In this document: in pieces, positions 35,324-47,196 of the stretch
Numbering within the stretch: the first letter of the stretch is position 1
Layout: each line of letters begins with the position of its first letter
Assembly: GCF_022493755.1 (NCBI RefSeq)
Contig: NZ_CP028767.1
Length of the DNA stretch: 64,000 bases
Source: Escherichia coli
GTDB taxonomy: Bacteria > Pseudomonadota > Gammaproteobacteria > Enterobacterales > Enterobacteriaceae
Direction: 5' to 3' (one strand)
Made by a program: the position numbers and the translations under genes
The notes under the pieces: generated by a model
The model's input: only the letters and a program-made list of their open reading frames with translations
What the model was told of the DNA's origin: nothing
The model's database searches: none

Positions 35324-36067
35324 ATGACACAGACAGAATCAGCGATTCTGGCGCACGCCCGGCGATGTGCGCCAGCGGAGTCGTGCGGCTTCGTGGTAAG
35401 CACGCCGGAGGGGGAAAGATATTTCCCCTGCGTGAATATCTCCGGTGAGCCGGAGGCGTATTTCCGTATGTCGCCGGAAGACTGGCTGCAGGCAGAAATG
35501 CAGGGTGAGATTGTGGCGCTGGTCCACAGCCACCCCGGTGGTCTGCCCTGGCTGAGTGAGGCCGACCGGCGGCTGCAGGTGCAGAGTGATTTGCCGTGGT
35601 GGCTGGTCTGCCGGGGGACGATTCATAAGTTCCGCTGTGTGCCGCATCTCACCGGGCGGCGCTTTGAGCACGGTGTGACGGACTGTTACACACTGTTCCG
35701 GGATGCTTATCATCTGGCGGGGATTGAGATGCCGGACTTTCATCGTGAGGATGACTGGTGGCGTAACGGCCAGAATCTCTATCTGGATAATCTGGAGGCG
35801 ACGGGGCTGTATCAGGTGCCGTTGTCAGCGGCACAGCCGGGCGATGTGCTGCTGTGCTGTTTTGGTTCATCGGTGCCGAATCACGCCGCAATTTACTGCG
35901 GCGACGGCGAGCTGCTGCACCATATTCCTGAACAACTGAGCAAACGAGAGAGGTACACCGACAAATGGCAGCGACGCACACACTCCCTCTGGCGTCACCG
36001 GGCATGGCGCGCATCTGCCTTTACGGGGATTTACAACGACTTGGTCGCCGCATCGACCTTCGTGTGA
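35324..36067 (+). CDS. K: Tail tip assembly protein K (MPN/JAMM plus NlpC/P60-like); lambda-annotated start corresponds to ATG 35468
   Basis: HSHPGG JAMM-like motif; longer ORF begins directly after L. Confidence 0.8.
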   Translation: MTQTESAILAHARRCAPAESCGFVVSTPEGERYFPCVNISGEPEAYFRMSPEDWLQAEMQGEIVALVHSHPGGLPWLSEADRRLQVQSDLPWWLVCRGTIHKFRCVPHLTGRRFEHGVTDCYTLFRDAYHLAGIEMPDFHREDDWWRNGQNLYLDNLEATGLYQVPLSAAQPGDVLLCCFGSSVPNHAAIYCGDGELLHHIPEQLSKRERYTDKWQRRTHSLWRHRAWRASAFTGIYNDLVAASTFV

Positions 36068-36636
36068 AAACGGGGGCTGAAGCCATCCGGGCACTGGCCA
36101 CACAGCTCCCGGCGTTTCGTCAGAAACTGAGCGACGGCTGGTATCAGGTACGGATTGCCGGGCGGGACGTCAGCACGTCCGGGTTAACGGCGCAGTTACA
36201 TGAGACTCTGCCTGATGGCGCTGTGATTCATATTGTTCCCAGAGTCGCCGGGGCCAAGTCAGGTGGCGTATTCCAGATTGTCCTGGGGGCTGCCGCCATT
36301 GCCGGATCATTCTTTACCGCCGGAGCCACCCTTGCAGCATGGGGGGCAGCCATTGGGGCCGGTGGTATGACCGGCATCCTGTTTTCTCTCGGTGCCAGTA
36401 TGGTGCTCGGTGGTGTGGCGCAGATGCTGGCACCGAAAGCCAGAACTCCCCGTACACAGACAACGGATAACGGTAAGCAGAACACCTATTTCTCCTCACT
36501 GGATAACATGGTTGCCCAGGGCAATGTTCTGCCTGTTCTGTACGGGGAAATGCGCGTGGGGTCACGCGTGGTTTCTCAGGAGATCAGCACGGCAGACGAA
36601 GGGGACGGTGGTCAGGTTGTGGTGATTGGTCGCTGA
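35965..36636 (+). CDS. I: Tail tip assembly protein I
   Basis: 223 aa matching recalled lambda I; 103-bp overlap with K as in lambda. Confidence 0.9.
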   Translation: MAATHTLPLASPGMARICLYGDLQRLGRRIDLRVKTGAEAIRALATQLPAFRQKLSDGWYQVRIAGRDVSTSGLTAQLHETLPDGAVIHIVPRVAGAKSGGVFQIVLGAAAIAGSFFTAGATLAAWGAAIGAGGMTGILFSLGASMVLGGVAQMLAPKARTPRTQTTDNGKQNTYFSSLDNMVAQGNVLPVLYGEMRVGSRVVSQEISTADEGDGGQVVVIGR

Positions 36637-36696
36637 TGCAAAATGTTTTATGTGAAACCGCCTGCGGGCGGTTTTGTCATTTATGGAGCGTGAGGA

Positions 36697-39600
36697 ATGG
36701 GTAAAGGAAGCAGTAAGGGGCATACCCCGCGCGAAGCGAAGGACAACCTGAAGTCCACGCAGTTGCTGAGTGTGATCGATGCCATCAGCGAAGGGCCGGT
36801 TGAAGGTCCGGTGGATGGATTAAAAAGCGTGCTGCTGAACAGTACGCCGGTGCTGGACACTGAGGGGAATACCAACATCTCCGGTGTCACGGTGGTGTTC
36901 CGTGCCGGTGAGCAGGAGCAGACACCGCCGGAGGGGTTTGAATCCTCCGGCTCCGAGACGGTGCTGGGTACGGAAGTGAAATATGACACGCCGATCACCC
37001 GCACCATTACGTCTGCAAACATCGACCGTCTGCGCTTTACCTTCGGTGTACAGGCACTGGTGGAAACCACCTCAAAGGGTGACAGGAATCCGTCGGAAGT
37101 CCGTCTGCTGGTTCAGATACAACGTAACGGTGGCTGGGTGACGGAAAAAGACATCACCATTAAGGGCAAAACCACCTCGCAGTATCTGGCCTCGGTGGTG
37201 GTGGGTAGCCTGCCGCCGCGCCCGTTTAATATCCGGATGCGCAGGATGACGCCGGACAGCACCACAGACCAGCTGCAGAACAAAACGCTCTGGTCGTCAT
37301 ACACCGAAATCATCGATGTGAAACAGGGCTACCCGAACACGGCACTGGTCGGCGTGCAGGTGGATTCGGAGCAGTTCGGCAGCCAGCAGGTGAGCCGTAA
37401 TTATCATCTGCGCGGGCGCATTCTGCAGGTGCCGTCGAACTATAACCCGCAGACGCGGCAATACAGCGGTATCTGGGACGGAACGTTTAAACCGGCATAC
37501 AGCAACAACATGGCCTGGTGTCTGTGGGATATGCTGACCCATCCGCGCTACGGCATGGGGAAACGTCTTGGTGCGGCGGATGTGGATAAATGGGCGCTGT
37601 ATGTCATCGGCCAGTACTGCGACCAGTCAGTGCCGGACGGTTTTGGCGGCACGGAGCCGCGCATCACCTGTAATGCCTACCTGACCACGCAGCGTAAGGC
37701 GTGGGATGTGCTCAGTGATTTCTGCTCGGCGATGCGCTGTATGCCGGTATGGAACGGGCAGACGCTGACGTTCGTGCAGGACCGACCATCAGATAAGGTG
37801 TGGACCTATAACCGCAGTAATGTGGTGATGCCGGATGATGGCGCGCCGTTCCGCTACAGTTTCAGCGCCCTGAAGGACCGCCATAATGCCGTTGAGGTGA
37901 ACTGGATTGACCCGGATAACGGCTGGGAGACGGCGACAGAGCTTGTTGAAGATGCGCAGGCCATTGCCCGTTACGGTCGTAACGTCACGAAGATGGATGC
38001 CTTTGGCTGTACCAGCCGGGGGCAGGCGCACCGCGCCGGGCTGTGGCTGATTAAAACGGAACTGCTGGAAACGCAGACCGTGGACTTCAGCGTGGGTGCT
38101 GAAGGGCTTCGCCATGTACCGGGCGATGTCATTGAAATCTGCGATGATGACTATGCCGGTATCAGCACCGGTGGTCGCGTGCTGGCGGTAAACAGCCAGA
38201 CCCGGACGCTGACGCTCGACCGTGAAATCACGCTGCCATCCTCCGGTACCACGCTGATAAGCCTGGTTGACGGAAGTGGCAATCCGGTCAGCGTGGAGGT
38301 TCAGTCCGTCACCGACGGCGTGAAGGTGAAAGTGAGCCGTGTTCCTGACGGCGTTGCTGAATACAGCGTGTGGGGGCTGAAGCTGCCGACGCTGCGCCAG
38401 CGCCTGTTCCGCTGCGTGAGTATCCGTGAGAACGACGACGGCACGTATGCCATCACCGCCGTGCAGCATGTACCGGAAAAAGAAGCCATCGTGGATAACG
38501 GGGCGCACTTTGACGGCGACCAGAGCGGCACGGTGAATGGTGTCACGCCGCCAGCGGTGCAGCACCTGACCGCCGAAGTCACCGCAGACAGCGGGGAATA
38601 CCAGGTGCTGGCGCGCTGGGATACGCCGAAGGTGGTGAAGGGCGTGAGCTTTATGCTTCGCCTGACCGTGGCCGCCGATGACGGCAGTGAGCGGCTGGTC
38701 AGCACGGCCCGGACGACGGAAACCACTTACCGCTTCAGGCAACTGGCGCTGGGGCGTTACACGCTGACGGTCCGGGCGGTAAATGCCCGGGGACAGCAGG
38801 GCGATCCGGCGTCGGTATCGTTCCGGATTGCCGCCCCGGCAGCGCCGTCGCGGATTGAGCTGACGCCGGGCTATTTTCAGATAACCGCCACGCCGCATCT
38901 TGCGGTTTATGATCCGACGGTACAGTTTGAGTTCTGGTTCTCGGAAACGCGGATTACCGATATCAGGCAGGTTGAAACCACAGCCCGCTACCTTGGCACG
39001 GGGCTGTACTGGATAGCCGCCAGTATCAATATCAAACCGGGCCATGATTATTACTTTTATATCCGCAGTGTGAACACCGTTGGCAAATCGGCATTCGTGG
39101 AGGCCGTCGGTCGGGCGAGCGATGATGCGGAAGGTTACCTGGATTTTTTCAAAGGCAAGATAACCGAATCCCATCTCGGTAAAGAGCTGCTGGAAAAAGT
39201 CGACCTGACGGAGGATAACGCCAGCAGACTGGATGAGTTTTCGAAAGAGTGGAAGGACGCTAACGATAAATGGAATGCTATGTGGGGCGTCAAAATTGAG
39301 CAGACCAAAGACGGCAAACATTATGTCGCGGGTATTGGCCTCAGCATGGAGGACACGGAGGAAGGCAAGCTGAGCCAGTTTCTGGTTGCCGCCAATCGTA
39401 TCGCGTTTATTGACCCGGCAAACGGGAATGAAACGCCGATGTTTGTGGCGCAGGGCAACCAGATATTCATGAACGACGTGTTCCTGAAGCGCCTGACAGC
39501 CCCCACCATTACCAGCGGTGGCAGTCCTCCGGTATTTTCCCTGACATCAGACGGAAAGCTGACCGCTAAAAATGCGGATATCAGTGGTAGTGTGAATGCG

Positions 39601-40110
39601 AACTCAGGAACGCTCAACAATGTCACGGTAAATGAAAACTGTACGATTAAGGGCATGCTGGAGGCGACCCAGGTCAGAGGGGATTTCGTTAAAGCTGTAT
39701 CAAAAGCCTTCCCGAAAAAAGTCGGTACGTGGGGTAACACGGAAACACCAAACGGTACGGTTACAGTCACCATCAGCGATGATCATAACTTTGACCGCCA
39801 GATTATTATTCCGCCCATTATTTTTAACGGTATAGCGTATGACGATCCGGGGAGCGGAAATAACCCAGGAGGCACGCGATACACGGGTTATGGTTTTGAA
39901 GTTCGCAAAAACGGCGTATTAATCGCATCCAGAGAAACTAAAGGGGCCATTCCCGGTAGTTACAGTGCAGTTATTGATATGCCTAGTGGTGGTGGTAGCG
40001 TCACTCTGGAGTTTAAGATTTTCCAGAAAGGCAATCAGGGGGCAGGCAATATCACCGACTGTACGGTGATTGTGACCAAAAAAGCGGCTTCCGGCATCAG
40101 TATTCGTTGA
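36697..40110 (+). CDS. J: Central tail fiber / host-specificity protein J
   Basis: 1137 aa; lambda-collinear. Confidence 0.95.
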   Translation: MGKGSSKGHTPREAKDNLKSTQLLSVIDAISEGPVEGPVDGLKSVLLNSTPVLDTEGNTNISGVTVVFRAGEQEQTPPEGFESSGSETVLGTEVKYDTPITRTITSANIDRLRFTFGVQALVETTSKGDRNPSEVRLLVQIQRNGGWVTEKDITIKGKTTSQYLASVVVGSLPPRPFNIRMRRMTPDSTTDQLQNKTLWSSYTEIIDVKQGYPNTALVGVQVDSEQFGSQQVSRNYHLRGRILQVPSNYNPQTRQYSGIWDGTFKPAYSNNMAWCLWDMLTHPRYGMGKRLGAADVDKWALYVIGQYCDQSVPDGFGGTEPRITCNAYLTTQRKAWDVLSDFCSAMRCMPVWNGQTLTFVQDRPSDKVWTYNRSNVVMPDDGAPFRYSFSALKDRHNAVEVNWIDPDNGWETATELVEDAQAIARYGRNVTKMDAFGCTSRGQAHRAGLWLIKTELLETQTVDFSVGAEGLRHVPGDVIEICDDDYAGISTGGRVLAVNSQTRTLTLDREITLPSSGTTLISLVDGSGNPVSVEVQSVTDGVKVKVSRVPDGVAEYSVWGLKLPTLRQRLFRCVSIRENDDGTYAITAVQHVPEKEAIVDNGAHFDGDQSGTVNGVTPPAVQHLTAEVTADSGEYQVLARWDTPKVVKGVSFMLRLTVAADDGSERLVSTARTTETTYRFRQLALGRYTLTVRAVNARGQQGDPASVSFRIAAPAAPSRIELTPGYFQITATPHLAVYDPTVQFEFWFSETRITDIRQVETTARYLGTGLYWIAASINIKPGHDYYFYIRSVNTVGKSAFVEAVGRASDDAEGYLDFFKGKITESHLGKELLEKVDLTEDNASRLDEFSKEWKDANDKWNAMWGVKIEQTKDGKHYVAGIGLSMEDTEEGKLSQFLVAANRIAFIDPANGNETPMFVAQGNQIFMNDVFLKRLTAPTITSGGSPPVFSLTSDGKLTAKNADISGSVNANSGTLNNVTVNENCTIKGMLEATQVRGDFVKAVSKAFPKKVGTWGNTETPNGTVTVTISDDHNFDRQIIIPPIIFNGIAYDDPGSGNNPGGTRYTGYGFEVRKNGVLIASRETKGAIPGSYSAVIDMPSGGGSVTLEFKIFQKGNQGAGNITDCTVIVTKKAASGISIR

Positions 40111-40130
40111 AATATTTATAACCCCAATAA

Positions 40131-40160
40131 ATGGCGTCAGGAATGACGCCTTTTTTATTG
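40131..40160 (+). terminator. Rho-independent terminator after J
   Basis: ggcgtca-ggaa-tgacgcc hairpin followed by ttttttatt. Confidence 0.45.
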
Positions 40161-40180
40161 CAGAAAAGCGAGAGGTAATT

Positions 40181-40780
40181 ATGCGTAAAGTTTGTGCCGC
40201 CATTTTGTCCGCAGCCATTTGTCTGGCCGTATCCGGTGCGCCTGCATGGGCGTCTGAACATCAGTCCACGCTGAGCGCGGGGTATCTTCATGCCCGGACC
40301 AACGTTCCCGGCAGTGATGATCTGAACGGGATTAACGTGAAATACCGTTATGAGTTTACGGATACGCTGGGGCTGGTGACGTCATTCAGCTATGCAGGAG
40401 ACAAGAATCGCCAACTGACCCATTACAGCGATACTCGCTGGCATGAAGATTCCGTTCGTAACCGCTGGTTCAGCGTAATGGCGGGGCCGTCTGTGCGCGT
40501 GAATGAATGGTTCAGCGCGTATGCGATGGCGGGTGTGGCTTACAGCCGTGTGTCGACTTTCTCCGGGGATTATCTCCGCGTAACTGACAACAAGGGGAAA
40601 ACGCACGACGTGCTGACCGGAAGTGATGACGGTCGCCACAGCAACACGTCTCTGGCGTGGGGAGCTGGCGTGCAGTTTAACCCGACCGAATCCGTGGCCA
40701 TTGATATTGCTTATGAAGGCTCCGGCAGTGGCGACTGGCGCACTGACGGTTTCATCGTGGGTGTCGGTTATAAGTTCTGA
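40181..40780 (+). CDS. lom: Ail/Lom-family outer-membrane protein
   Basis: 199 aa with signal peptide and beta-barrel pattern ending ..GYKF. Confidence 0.9.
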   Translation: MRKVCAAILSAAICLAVSGAPAWASEHQSTLSAGYLHARTNVPGSDDLNGINVKYRYEFTDTLGLVTSFSYAGDKNRQLTHYSDTRWHEDSVRNRWFSVMAGPSVRVNEWFSAYAMAGVAYSRVSTFSGDYLRVTDNKGKTHDVLTGSDDGRHSNTSLAWGAGVQFNPTESVAIDIAYEGSGSGDWRTDGFIVGVGYKF

Positions 40781-40807
40781 TTAGCCAGGTAACACAGTGT
40801 TATGACA

Positions 40808-40835
40808 GCCCGCCGGTTCAGGCGGGCTTTTTTGT
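40808..40835 (+). terminator. Rho-independent terminator after lom
   Basis: gcccgccgg-ttca-ggcgggc hairpin followed by ttttttgt. Confidence 0.5.
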
Positions 40836-40838
40836 GGG

Positions 40839-43805
40839 GTGAATATGGCAGTAAAGATTTCAGGTGTACTGAAAGACGGCACAGGAAAACCGGTACAGAA
40901 CTGCACAATCCAGCTGAAAGCAAAACGTAACAGCACCACGGTGGTGGTGAACACGCTGGCCTCAGAAAATCCGGATGAAGCCGGGCGTTACAGCATGGAC
41001 GTTGAGTACGGTCAGTACAGCGTTATTCTGTTGGTGGAAGGATTCCCGCCGTCACATGCCGGGACCATCACCGTGTATGAAGATTCCCGACCCGGTACGC
41101 TGAATGATTTTCTCGGTGCCATGACGGAGGATGATGCCCGTCCGGAGGCTCTGCGCCGTTTTGAACTGATGGTGGAAGAGGTGACGCGTAACGCGTCCGC
41201 GGTGGCACAGAACACGGCAGCCGCGAAGAAGTCAGCCAGTGATGCCGGCACATCTGCCCGTGAGGCGGCAACCCATGCGACTGATGCTGCAGGCTCAGCG
41301 CGTGCAGCCAGCACGTCAGCCGGACAGGCCGCGACTTCGGCTCAGGAGGCGTCTTCCAGCGCAGGAACGGCATCAACAAAGGCCACTGAAGCATCAAAAA
41401 GTGCTGCCGCTGCAGAGTCCTCAAAAAGCGCGGCGGCCACCAGTGCCGGTGCGGCGAAAACGTCAGAAACGAATGCTGCAGCGTCACAAAAATCAGCAGC
41501 CACTTCTGCATCCACTGCGACGACGAAAGCGTCAGAAGCCGCCACTTCAGCCAGAGATGCGGCGGCCTCCAAAGAGGCGGCAAAATCATCAGAAACGAAC
41601 GCCTCCACAAGCGCCAGCAGTGCAGCCTCCTCGGCAACGGCGGCAGGAAATTCCGTGAAGGCGGCAAAAACGTCCGAGACGAATGCCAGGTCTTCTGAAA
41701 CGGCAGCGGAACAGAGCGCCTCAGCTGCGGCAGACTCTGAGACAGCAGCTGCATCATCGGCCCGTGAGGCGTCCATTAAGGCAGAGGAGGCAGCAGTCAG
41801 TGCCACCGCCGCCGGAAAATCGGCAGAAAGCGCCGCATCATCCGCTTCAACAGCCACAACGAAGGCTGGCGAAGCCACTGAACAGGCCAGCGCAGCAGCG
41901 AGGTCTGCTTCCGCAGCGAAGACATCCGAAACGAACGCGAAAGCGTCGGAAACCAGCGCAGAATCCTCAAAAACGGCTGCCGCATCGTCCGCCAGTTCGG
42001 CGGCGTCATCGGCATCATCTGCGTCTGCTTCAAAAGATGAGGCGACCAGACAGGCGTCAGCAGCGAGGGGCAGCGCCACGACGGCATCCACGAAGGCGAC
42101 AGAGGCTGCTGGCAGTGCGGCAGCGGCAGCACAGAGCAAAAGTACGGCGGAATCCGCGGCAACGCGCGCCGAGACAGCAGCAAAACGGGCAGAGGATATT
42201 GCATCCGCCGTGGCGCTTGAGGATGCGAGCACGACGAAAAAGGGGATAGTACAGCTCAGCAGTGCGACCAACAGCACTTCCGAGTCACAGGCGGCAACGC
42301 CAAAAGCCGTTAAGGCCGCGTATGACCTGGCTAACGGGAAATACACCGCACAGGATGCAACGACAGCACAGAAAGGGATAGTTCAGCTCAGCAGTGCGAC
42401 TAACAGCACTTCCGAGTCACAGGCGGCAACGCCAAAAGCCGTTAAGGCCGCGTATGACCTGGCTAACGGGAAATACACCGCACAGGACGCTACGACAGCA
42501 CAAAAAGGAATTGTCCAGCTCAGTAGTGCAACCAACAGCACATCTGAAACGCTTGCTGCGACACCGAAAGCAGTGAAAGCAGCTAATGACAATGCGAATG
42601 GTCGGGTACCTTCTGCCCGTAAGGTGAATGGTAAGGCGCTTTCAGCGGATATAACACTGACGCCGAAAGATATTGGTACGCTTAACTCAACAACAATGTC
42701 ATTCAGCGGTGGTGCTGGTTGGTTCAAATTAGCAACGGTAACCATGCCACAGGCGAGTTCTGTTGTTTCAATTACGTTGATTGGTGGCGCTGGATTTAAC
42801 GTGGGGTCACCTCAACAGGCAGGTATATCTGAACTTGTTTTACGTGCAGGTAATGGTAATCCGAAGGGGATTACTGGTGCTTTATGGCAGCGCACATCGA
42901 CAGGGTTTACAAATTTTGCCTGGGTCAATACATCTGGTGATACTTACGATATTTACGTTGCAATCGGAAATTATGCGACTGGTGTAAATATTCAATGGGA
43001 TTATACCAGTAATGCCAGCGTGACGATTCATACGTCACCAGCATATTCTGCTAATAAGCCGGAAGGGTTAACGGACGGTACAGTTTATTCACTCTATACG
43101 CCATCAGAGCAGTTTTATCCGCCTGGCGCACCAATCCCGTGGCCATCAGATACCGTTCCGTCTGGCTATGCCCTGATGCAGGGGCAGACTTTTGACAAAT
43201 CTGCATACCCGAAACTTGCAGCCGCTTATCCGTCAGGCGTGATCCCTGATATGCGTGGCTGGACGATTAAGGGCAAACCTGCCAGTGGTCGGGCCGTATT
43301 GTCTCAGGAACAGGACGGCATTAAATCGCATACCCACAGCGCCAGCGCATCCAGTACGGATTTGGGGACGAAAACCACATCGTCGTTTGATTACGGCACT
43401 AAATCCACGAATAACACTGGTGCGCATACCCATAGTTTAAGTGGCAGCACGAATGCAGCTGGTAATCACAGCCATAGAGATGGCCGTCGATTTAACCCCA
43501 GTGTTTTTAAAGATACTTATCAATATGGTTATACAAGCTCAGGTCAAAATACCTGGGGTGTACAAGGCTCAGTAGGTATGTCTACGGGGTGGTTAGCGAA
43601 TACCAGTACAGATGGTAATCATAGCCATTCACTGTCCGGCACAGCAGCATCTGCAGGTGCACACGCGCATACTGTCGGTATTGGTGCTCATACGCACTCC
43701 GTTGCGATTGGTTCACATGGACACACCATCACCGTTAACGCTGCTGGTAACGCGGAAAACACCGTCAAAAACATCGCATTTAACTATATTGTGAGGCTTG
43801 CATAA
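40839..43805 (+). CDS. stf: Side tail fiber protein (988 aa) with extended Ala/Ser-rich region, three tandem repeat units and C-terminal His-rich motifs
   Basis: N-terminus matches recalled lambda Stf ([27 protein letters not shown]...). Confidence 0.85.
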   Translation: MNMAVKISGVLKDGTGKPVQNCTIQLKAKRNSTTVVVNTLASENPDEAGRYSMDVEYGQYSVILLVEGFPPSHAGTITVYEDSRPGTLNDFLGAMTEDDARPEALRRFELMVEEVTRNASAVAQNTAAAKKSASDAGTSAREAATHATDAAGSARAASTSAGQAATSAQEASSSAGTASTKATEASKSAAAAESSKSAAATSAGAAKTSETNAAASQKSAATSASTATTKASEAATSARDAAASKEAAKSSETNASTSASSAASSATAAGNSVKAAKTSETNARSSETAAEQSASAAADSETAAASSAREASIKAEEAAVSATAAGKSAESAASSASTATTKAGEATEQASAAARSASAAKTSETNAKASETSAESSKTAAASSASSAASSASSASASKDEATRQASAARGSATTASTKATEAAGSAAAAAQSKSTAESAATRAETAAKRAEDIASAVALEDASTTKKGIVQLSSATNSTSESQAATPKAVKAAYDLANGKYTAQDATTAQKGIVQLSSATNSTSESQAATPKAVKAAYDLANGKYTAQDATTAQKGIVQLSSATNSTSETLAATPKAVKAANDNANGRVPSARKVNGKALSADITLTPKDIGTLNSTTMSFSGGAGWFKLATVTMPQASSVVSITLIGGAGFNVGSPQQAGISELVLRAGNGNPKGITGALWQRTSTGFTNFAWVNTSGDTYDIYVAIGNYATGVNIQWDYTSNASVTIHTSPAYSANKPEGLTDGTVYSLYTPSEQFYPPGAPIPWPSDTVPSGYALMQGQTFDKSAYPKLAAAYPSGVIPDMRGWTIKGKPASGRAVLSQEQDGIKSHTHSASASSTDLGTKTTSSFDYGTKSTNNTGAHTHSLSGSTNAAGNHSHRDGRRFNPSVFKDTYQYGYTSSGQNTWGVQGSVGMSTGWLANTSTDGNHSHSLSGTAASAGAHAHTVGIGAHTHSVAIGSHGHTITVNAAGNAENTVKNIAFNYIVRLA
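42220..42610. repeat. Three tandem ~129-bp coding repeats inside stf
   Basis: Two near-identical units and one diverged unit encoding ..[44 protein letters not shown].. Confidence 0.8.
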
Positions 43806-44380
43806 TGGCATTCAGAATGAGTGAACAACCACGGACCATAAAAATTTATAATCTGCTGGCCGGAACTAATGAATTTATTGGTGAAGGTGACGCATATATT
43901 CCGCCTCATACAGGTCTGCCAGCAAACAGTACCGATATTGCACCACCAGATATTCCTGCTGGCTTTGTGGCTGTTTTCAACAGTGATAAGGCATCGTGGC
44001 ATCTCGTTGAAGACCATCGGGGTAAAACGGTTTATGACGTAGCGTCAGGGGACGCGTTATTTATTTCTGAACTCGGTCCGTTACCGGAAAATGTTACCTG
44101 GTTATCGCCGGAAGGGGAGTTTCAGAAGTGGAACGGCACAGCCTGGGTGAAAGATGCAGAAGCAGAAAAACTGTTCCGGATCCGAGAGGCGGAAGAAACA
44201 AAAAACAGCCTGATGCAGGTAGCCAGTGAGCATATTGCGCCACTTCAGGATGCTGTAGATCTGGAAATCGCAACGGAGGAAGAAACCTCATTGCTGGAAG
44301 CCTGGAAAAAGTATCGGGTGTTGCTGAACCGTGTTGATACGTCAACTGCACAGGATATTGAATGGCCAGCACTGCCGTAG
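43805..44380 (+). CDS. tfa: Tail fiber assembly protein
   Basis: 191 aa; conserved Tfa C-terminal motif ([35 protein letters not shown]). Confidence 0.85.
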   Translation: MAFRMSEQPRTIKIYNLLAGTNEFIGEGDAYIPPHTGLPANSTDIAPPDIPAGFVAVFNSDKASWHLVEDHRGKTVYDVASGDALFISELGPLPENVTWLSPEGEFQKWNGTAWVKDAEAEKLFRIREAEETKNSLMQVASEHIAPLQDAVDLEIATEEETSLLEAWKKYRVLLNRVDTSTAQDIEWPALP

Positions 44381-44477
44381 GGTAAAACATATAAATTCTA
44401 TAATTAGATGTATCTTTCCATTTACGGCAAGGAAGGGGGCTTGGAAGACGTAAAGCATCTCACACCGAGATTATTTT

Positions 44478-45068
44478 TTATATGTCAGGTGTCTGAAGTT
44501 TTGCTTTGGCTCTTAAAATGGTTTGCCGCGAGGTTTTGAATTCCCGGGCAATGGCACTTATACTTACACCTGACTTAATTCGTTCGAATACCACCTGTTT
44601 CTGTTCTTCATTTAACACAGGTGGTCGACCAAAACGTTTCCCTGCGCCGCGGGCTCTTACTATCCCGGAATGAGTGCGTTCAAGTAAAAGGTCTCGTTCA
44701 AATTCAGCGACTGCTGAAATTACGTGCATCATCATTTTTCCTGTTGGACTGGTCAGGTCAATGCCCCCCAATGCTAAGCAATGCACTCTGATACCTGTTT
44801 CGGTCAGTTGTTCCACTGTTTTCCTGATATCCATTGCATTACAACCAAGGCGATCCAGTTTTGTCACAATCAATTGATCACCACATTTCAGGCGAGCAAG
44901 CAACCGGTTAAAACCAGGACGCTCACTGGTTGCTGCTGAGCCGCTAATGTGTTCTTCGATTATTTGCTGAGGTTTGATTTTAAAACCTGCACTTTCGATT
45001 TCCCTGCGTTGATTTTCGATGGTCTGATCCAGCGTTGATATCCGACAGTAAGCAAAAATTCGAGACAT
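44478..45068 (-). CDS. Small serine recombinase (resolvase/invertase family)
   Basis: 196 aa; N-terminal catalytic motif YCRISTLDQ; C-terminal HTH. Confidence 0.8.
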   Translation of the reverse strand: MSRIFAYCRISTLDQTIENQRREIESAGFKIKPQQIIEEHISGSAATSERPGFNRLLARLKCGDQLIVTKLDRLGCNAMDIRKTVEQLTETGIRVHCLALGGIDLTSPTGKMMMHVISAVAEFERDLLLERTHSGIVRARGAGKRFGRPPVLNEEQKQVVFERIKSGVSISAIAREFKTSRQTILRAKAKLQTPDI

Positions 45069-45384
45069 AGTGAGACTCTATACGAAATTGGTGTTCATAT
45101 CATAATGCATCTCAGAAAATAATTTTGATTATTTTTGTGCATATTTGTATGTACACGTTCGAAAATAAACGAATGCGTATGCAACCCCGTAATTTTGGTG
45201 AGACCCAAAATCGATTTTGTGAAAAATGGCTTTAACTCGGTTTGTTTTTCGAGTTCCGGGCGGACTCAAGGAAGAAGAATAGTGTTGCGTGTTATTTTAA
45301 CCAGATTTCAAGTTGTTTGATCGTGGAAAAGTGGAGCAAAATGTTGTTAAAGTGGAAAAATGATAAAAAAGTAAGTTTATTATA

Positions 45385-45651
45385 TTACATTTTACCATTT
45401 AAATTTTGGTTGTCTTTAAGAACTGATATCGCTGTTTGTAATAATTCTTTGTTATCCAGCCATGATTTTTTCTTTATGTTTCCTTCAATGTAATCAAGCA
45501 ATGTTCTGGTATTGATAGGTCTTCCCTGTTTTGCTACTTCCACTACAGCATCCCCTAGGATAATTCTTACTTCAGGAAGCTGCGCAGGGAACCACTTTAG
45601 GGTGTCTTTTGATTTCATGAAGATATTCCTTAAAATATTATTGATTTTCAT
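45385..45651 (-). CDS. Hypothetical small protein (88 aa)
   Basis: AT-rich ORF between recombinase and methyltransferase. Confidence 0.3.
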   Translation of the reverse strand: MKINNILRNIFMKSKDTLKWFPAQLPEVRIILGDAVVEVAKQGRPINTRTLLDYIEGNIKKKSWLDNKELLQTAISVLKDNQNLNGKM

Positions 45652-46122
45652 TGCGATATTGTATGTCTGATTCAGGATATGTTGACTTATACATCGGTTT
45701 TGTCTGGGTTATTGGATATGCCAATCCCTAATTTTATTAGGGCATGACTAAAAATGCTGAATATGATAAGGAGAGAAGTGATTATCAGTATGCTGTTCAT
45801 ATAGCCTCGAATTAGTAATGTGTTATATATGATATAGTTGACAATTTTTATCCTGGGTGTTCTTAAAGTTCGTAGATAAACATTGTCGTTTCAGGTATAC
45901 AGGAATGCTAACAGGTGGCGGCAAAAATCAGGCGGTTTATGGCGCAAGCTGAAGTGGCAACTGCAAACTATCTTATGCAGAGACTCTACACGGATTGGGT
46001 TTAAAAGTATACATAGATAACAGTTTTTATCTGAAGAAGAAAAATATCAAGGTGATATAGCCTATATGCCTATGATGCGGAGGAATGAATGTGATGGGAG
46101 TGATGTATCTGAATAGTTGAAA

Positions 46123-46160
46123 AACCGCAGACACGCCTTATGCAAGAACGTGCTGCGGTT
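46123..46160 (-). terminator. Hairpin plus T-run immediately downstream of the methyltransferase gene
   Basis: accgcag...ctgcggt stem with T-run on the minus strand. Confidence 0.35.
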
Positions 46161-46165
46161 GGATG

Positions 46166-46834
46166 CTATTTTTTCCCTGAAGCGGAAAACATTACTACAG
46201 TACCTTGAACCTTGGTTTTAACATTCTCGAAATGCTCTGAGAGTATATGTGTTAAGCCTTCTTCGGAATCTTTTGTGTTTGAAAAGATGCCTTTCTGATT
46301 GTAAATGCGCATCAGTTTTTGACCGAAGCTATTGTGCACAACTCCATCGCCAAGAATTGTGGCTCCGTATAGAGTTCCATCGTCAGTTAAGGCCTGCGCC
46401 GCATTGCGTATTACACAGCTTTTTGTAGATATATTTCCAGGCAGGCAGTGAAGAAGGTAAAACATGGAAATGGAATCAAATTGACCATGTAACGCCGCGG
46501 GATAAGGTTCAAAAACATCATGGTTAATTTTATGTTTAATTTTTGATTCCCCAGCCCTTGTAGATGCCGCGTTCAGGCTAGCTTCGTTCAAATCCATTAA
46601 AGATATCAGACTACTCTCAGGTACGTGAGTAAGGTAAAACCCAGTTCCAACACCAATATCCAGATGGTTGTTACCTAAATGTTCCAGAAAGTGTGGAAGA
46701 AGGTGTTCCTTTGTAGGACATCCCCATGCAAGCCGATTTGATACTCCCAAAACCCACCAGTCATAAAGCTTTAGGGTAAGTGGTGTGTAAATTTTAGCCC
46801 CATCATCTGTGTTTTTTTTCATTAATTTCACCAT
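46166..46834 (-). CDS. Class I SAM-dependent methyltransferase (YbcY-like)
   Basis: 222 aa; motif I LDIGVGTGFY; corresponds positionally to DLP12 ybcY. Confidence 0.7.
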   Translation of the reverse strand: MVKLMKKNTDDGAKIYTPLTLKLYDWWVLGVSNRLAWGCPTKEHLLPHFLEHLGNNHLDIGVGTGFYLTHVPESSLISLMDLNEASLNAASTRAGESKIKHKINHDVFEPYPAALHGQFDSISMFYLLHCLPGNISTKSCVIRNAAQALTDDGTLYGATILGDGVVHNSFGQKLMRIYNQKGIFSNTKDSEEGLTHILSEHFENVKTKVQGTVVMFSASGKK

Positions 46835-46890
46835 GTTATAGTTTTATTTGTGAATTAAATCAATTATGGCGATGAATTACAAGGGGTTAA

Positions 46891-47196
46891 ATGCTGCCGC
46901 AGCATAGCGATATTGAAATAGCCTGGTATGCTTCGATACAGCAGGAGCCGAATGGCTGGAAGACCGTCACCACACAGTTCTACATCCAGGAATTCAGTGA
47001 GTATATTGCGCCACTGCAGGATGCTGTAGATCTGGAAATCGCAACGGAGGAAGAAAGATCGTTGCTGGAGGCATGGAATAAATATCGGGTATTGTTGAAT
47101 CGAGTTGATACATCAGTAGCTCTGGGTATGAAGCTGTTTGTAACTCATGTTACAGTAACAGTCATTACTATCTCGAAGGTGCAAAATGTATATTGA
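46891..47196 (+). pseudogene. Remnant tail fiber assembly gene fragment (tfaX-like)
   Basis: Only the segment [39 protein letters not shown] matches Tfa; about 90% nucleotide identity to 44225-44350. Confidence 0.5.

Noticed and set aside
37789-39321. 510-aa minus-strand ORF inside J
   Set aside because: Antisense to a strongly supported lambda J coding region; high-GC coding DNA often gives long antisense frames; no independent signals.
41068-42346. Long minus-strand and alternative-frame ORFs (Ala-, Pro- or Arg-rich) inside stf
   Set aside because: Artefacts of the GC-rich, repetitive Ala/Ser-coding shaft region of stf; low-complexity translations.
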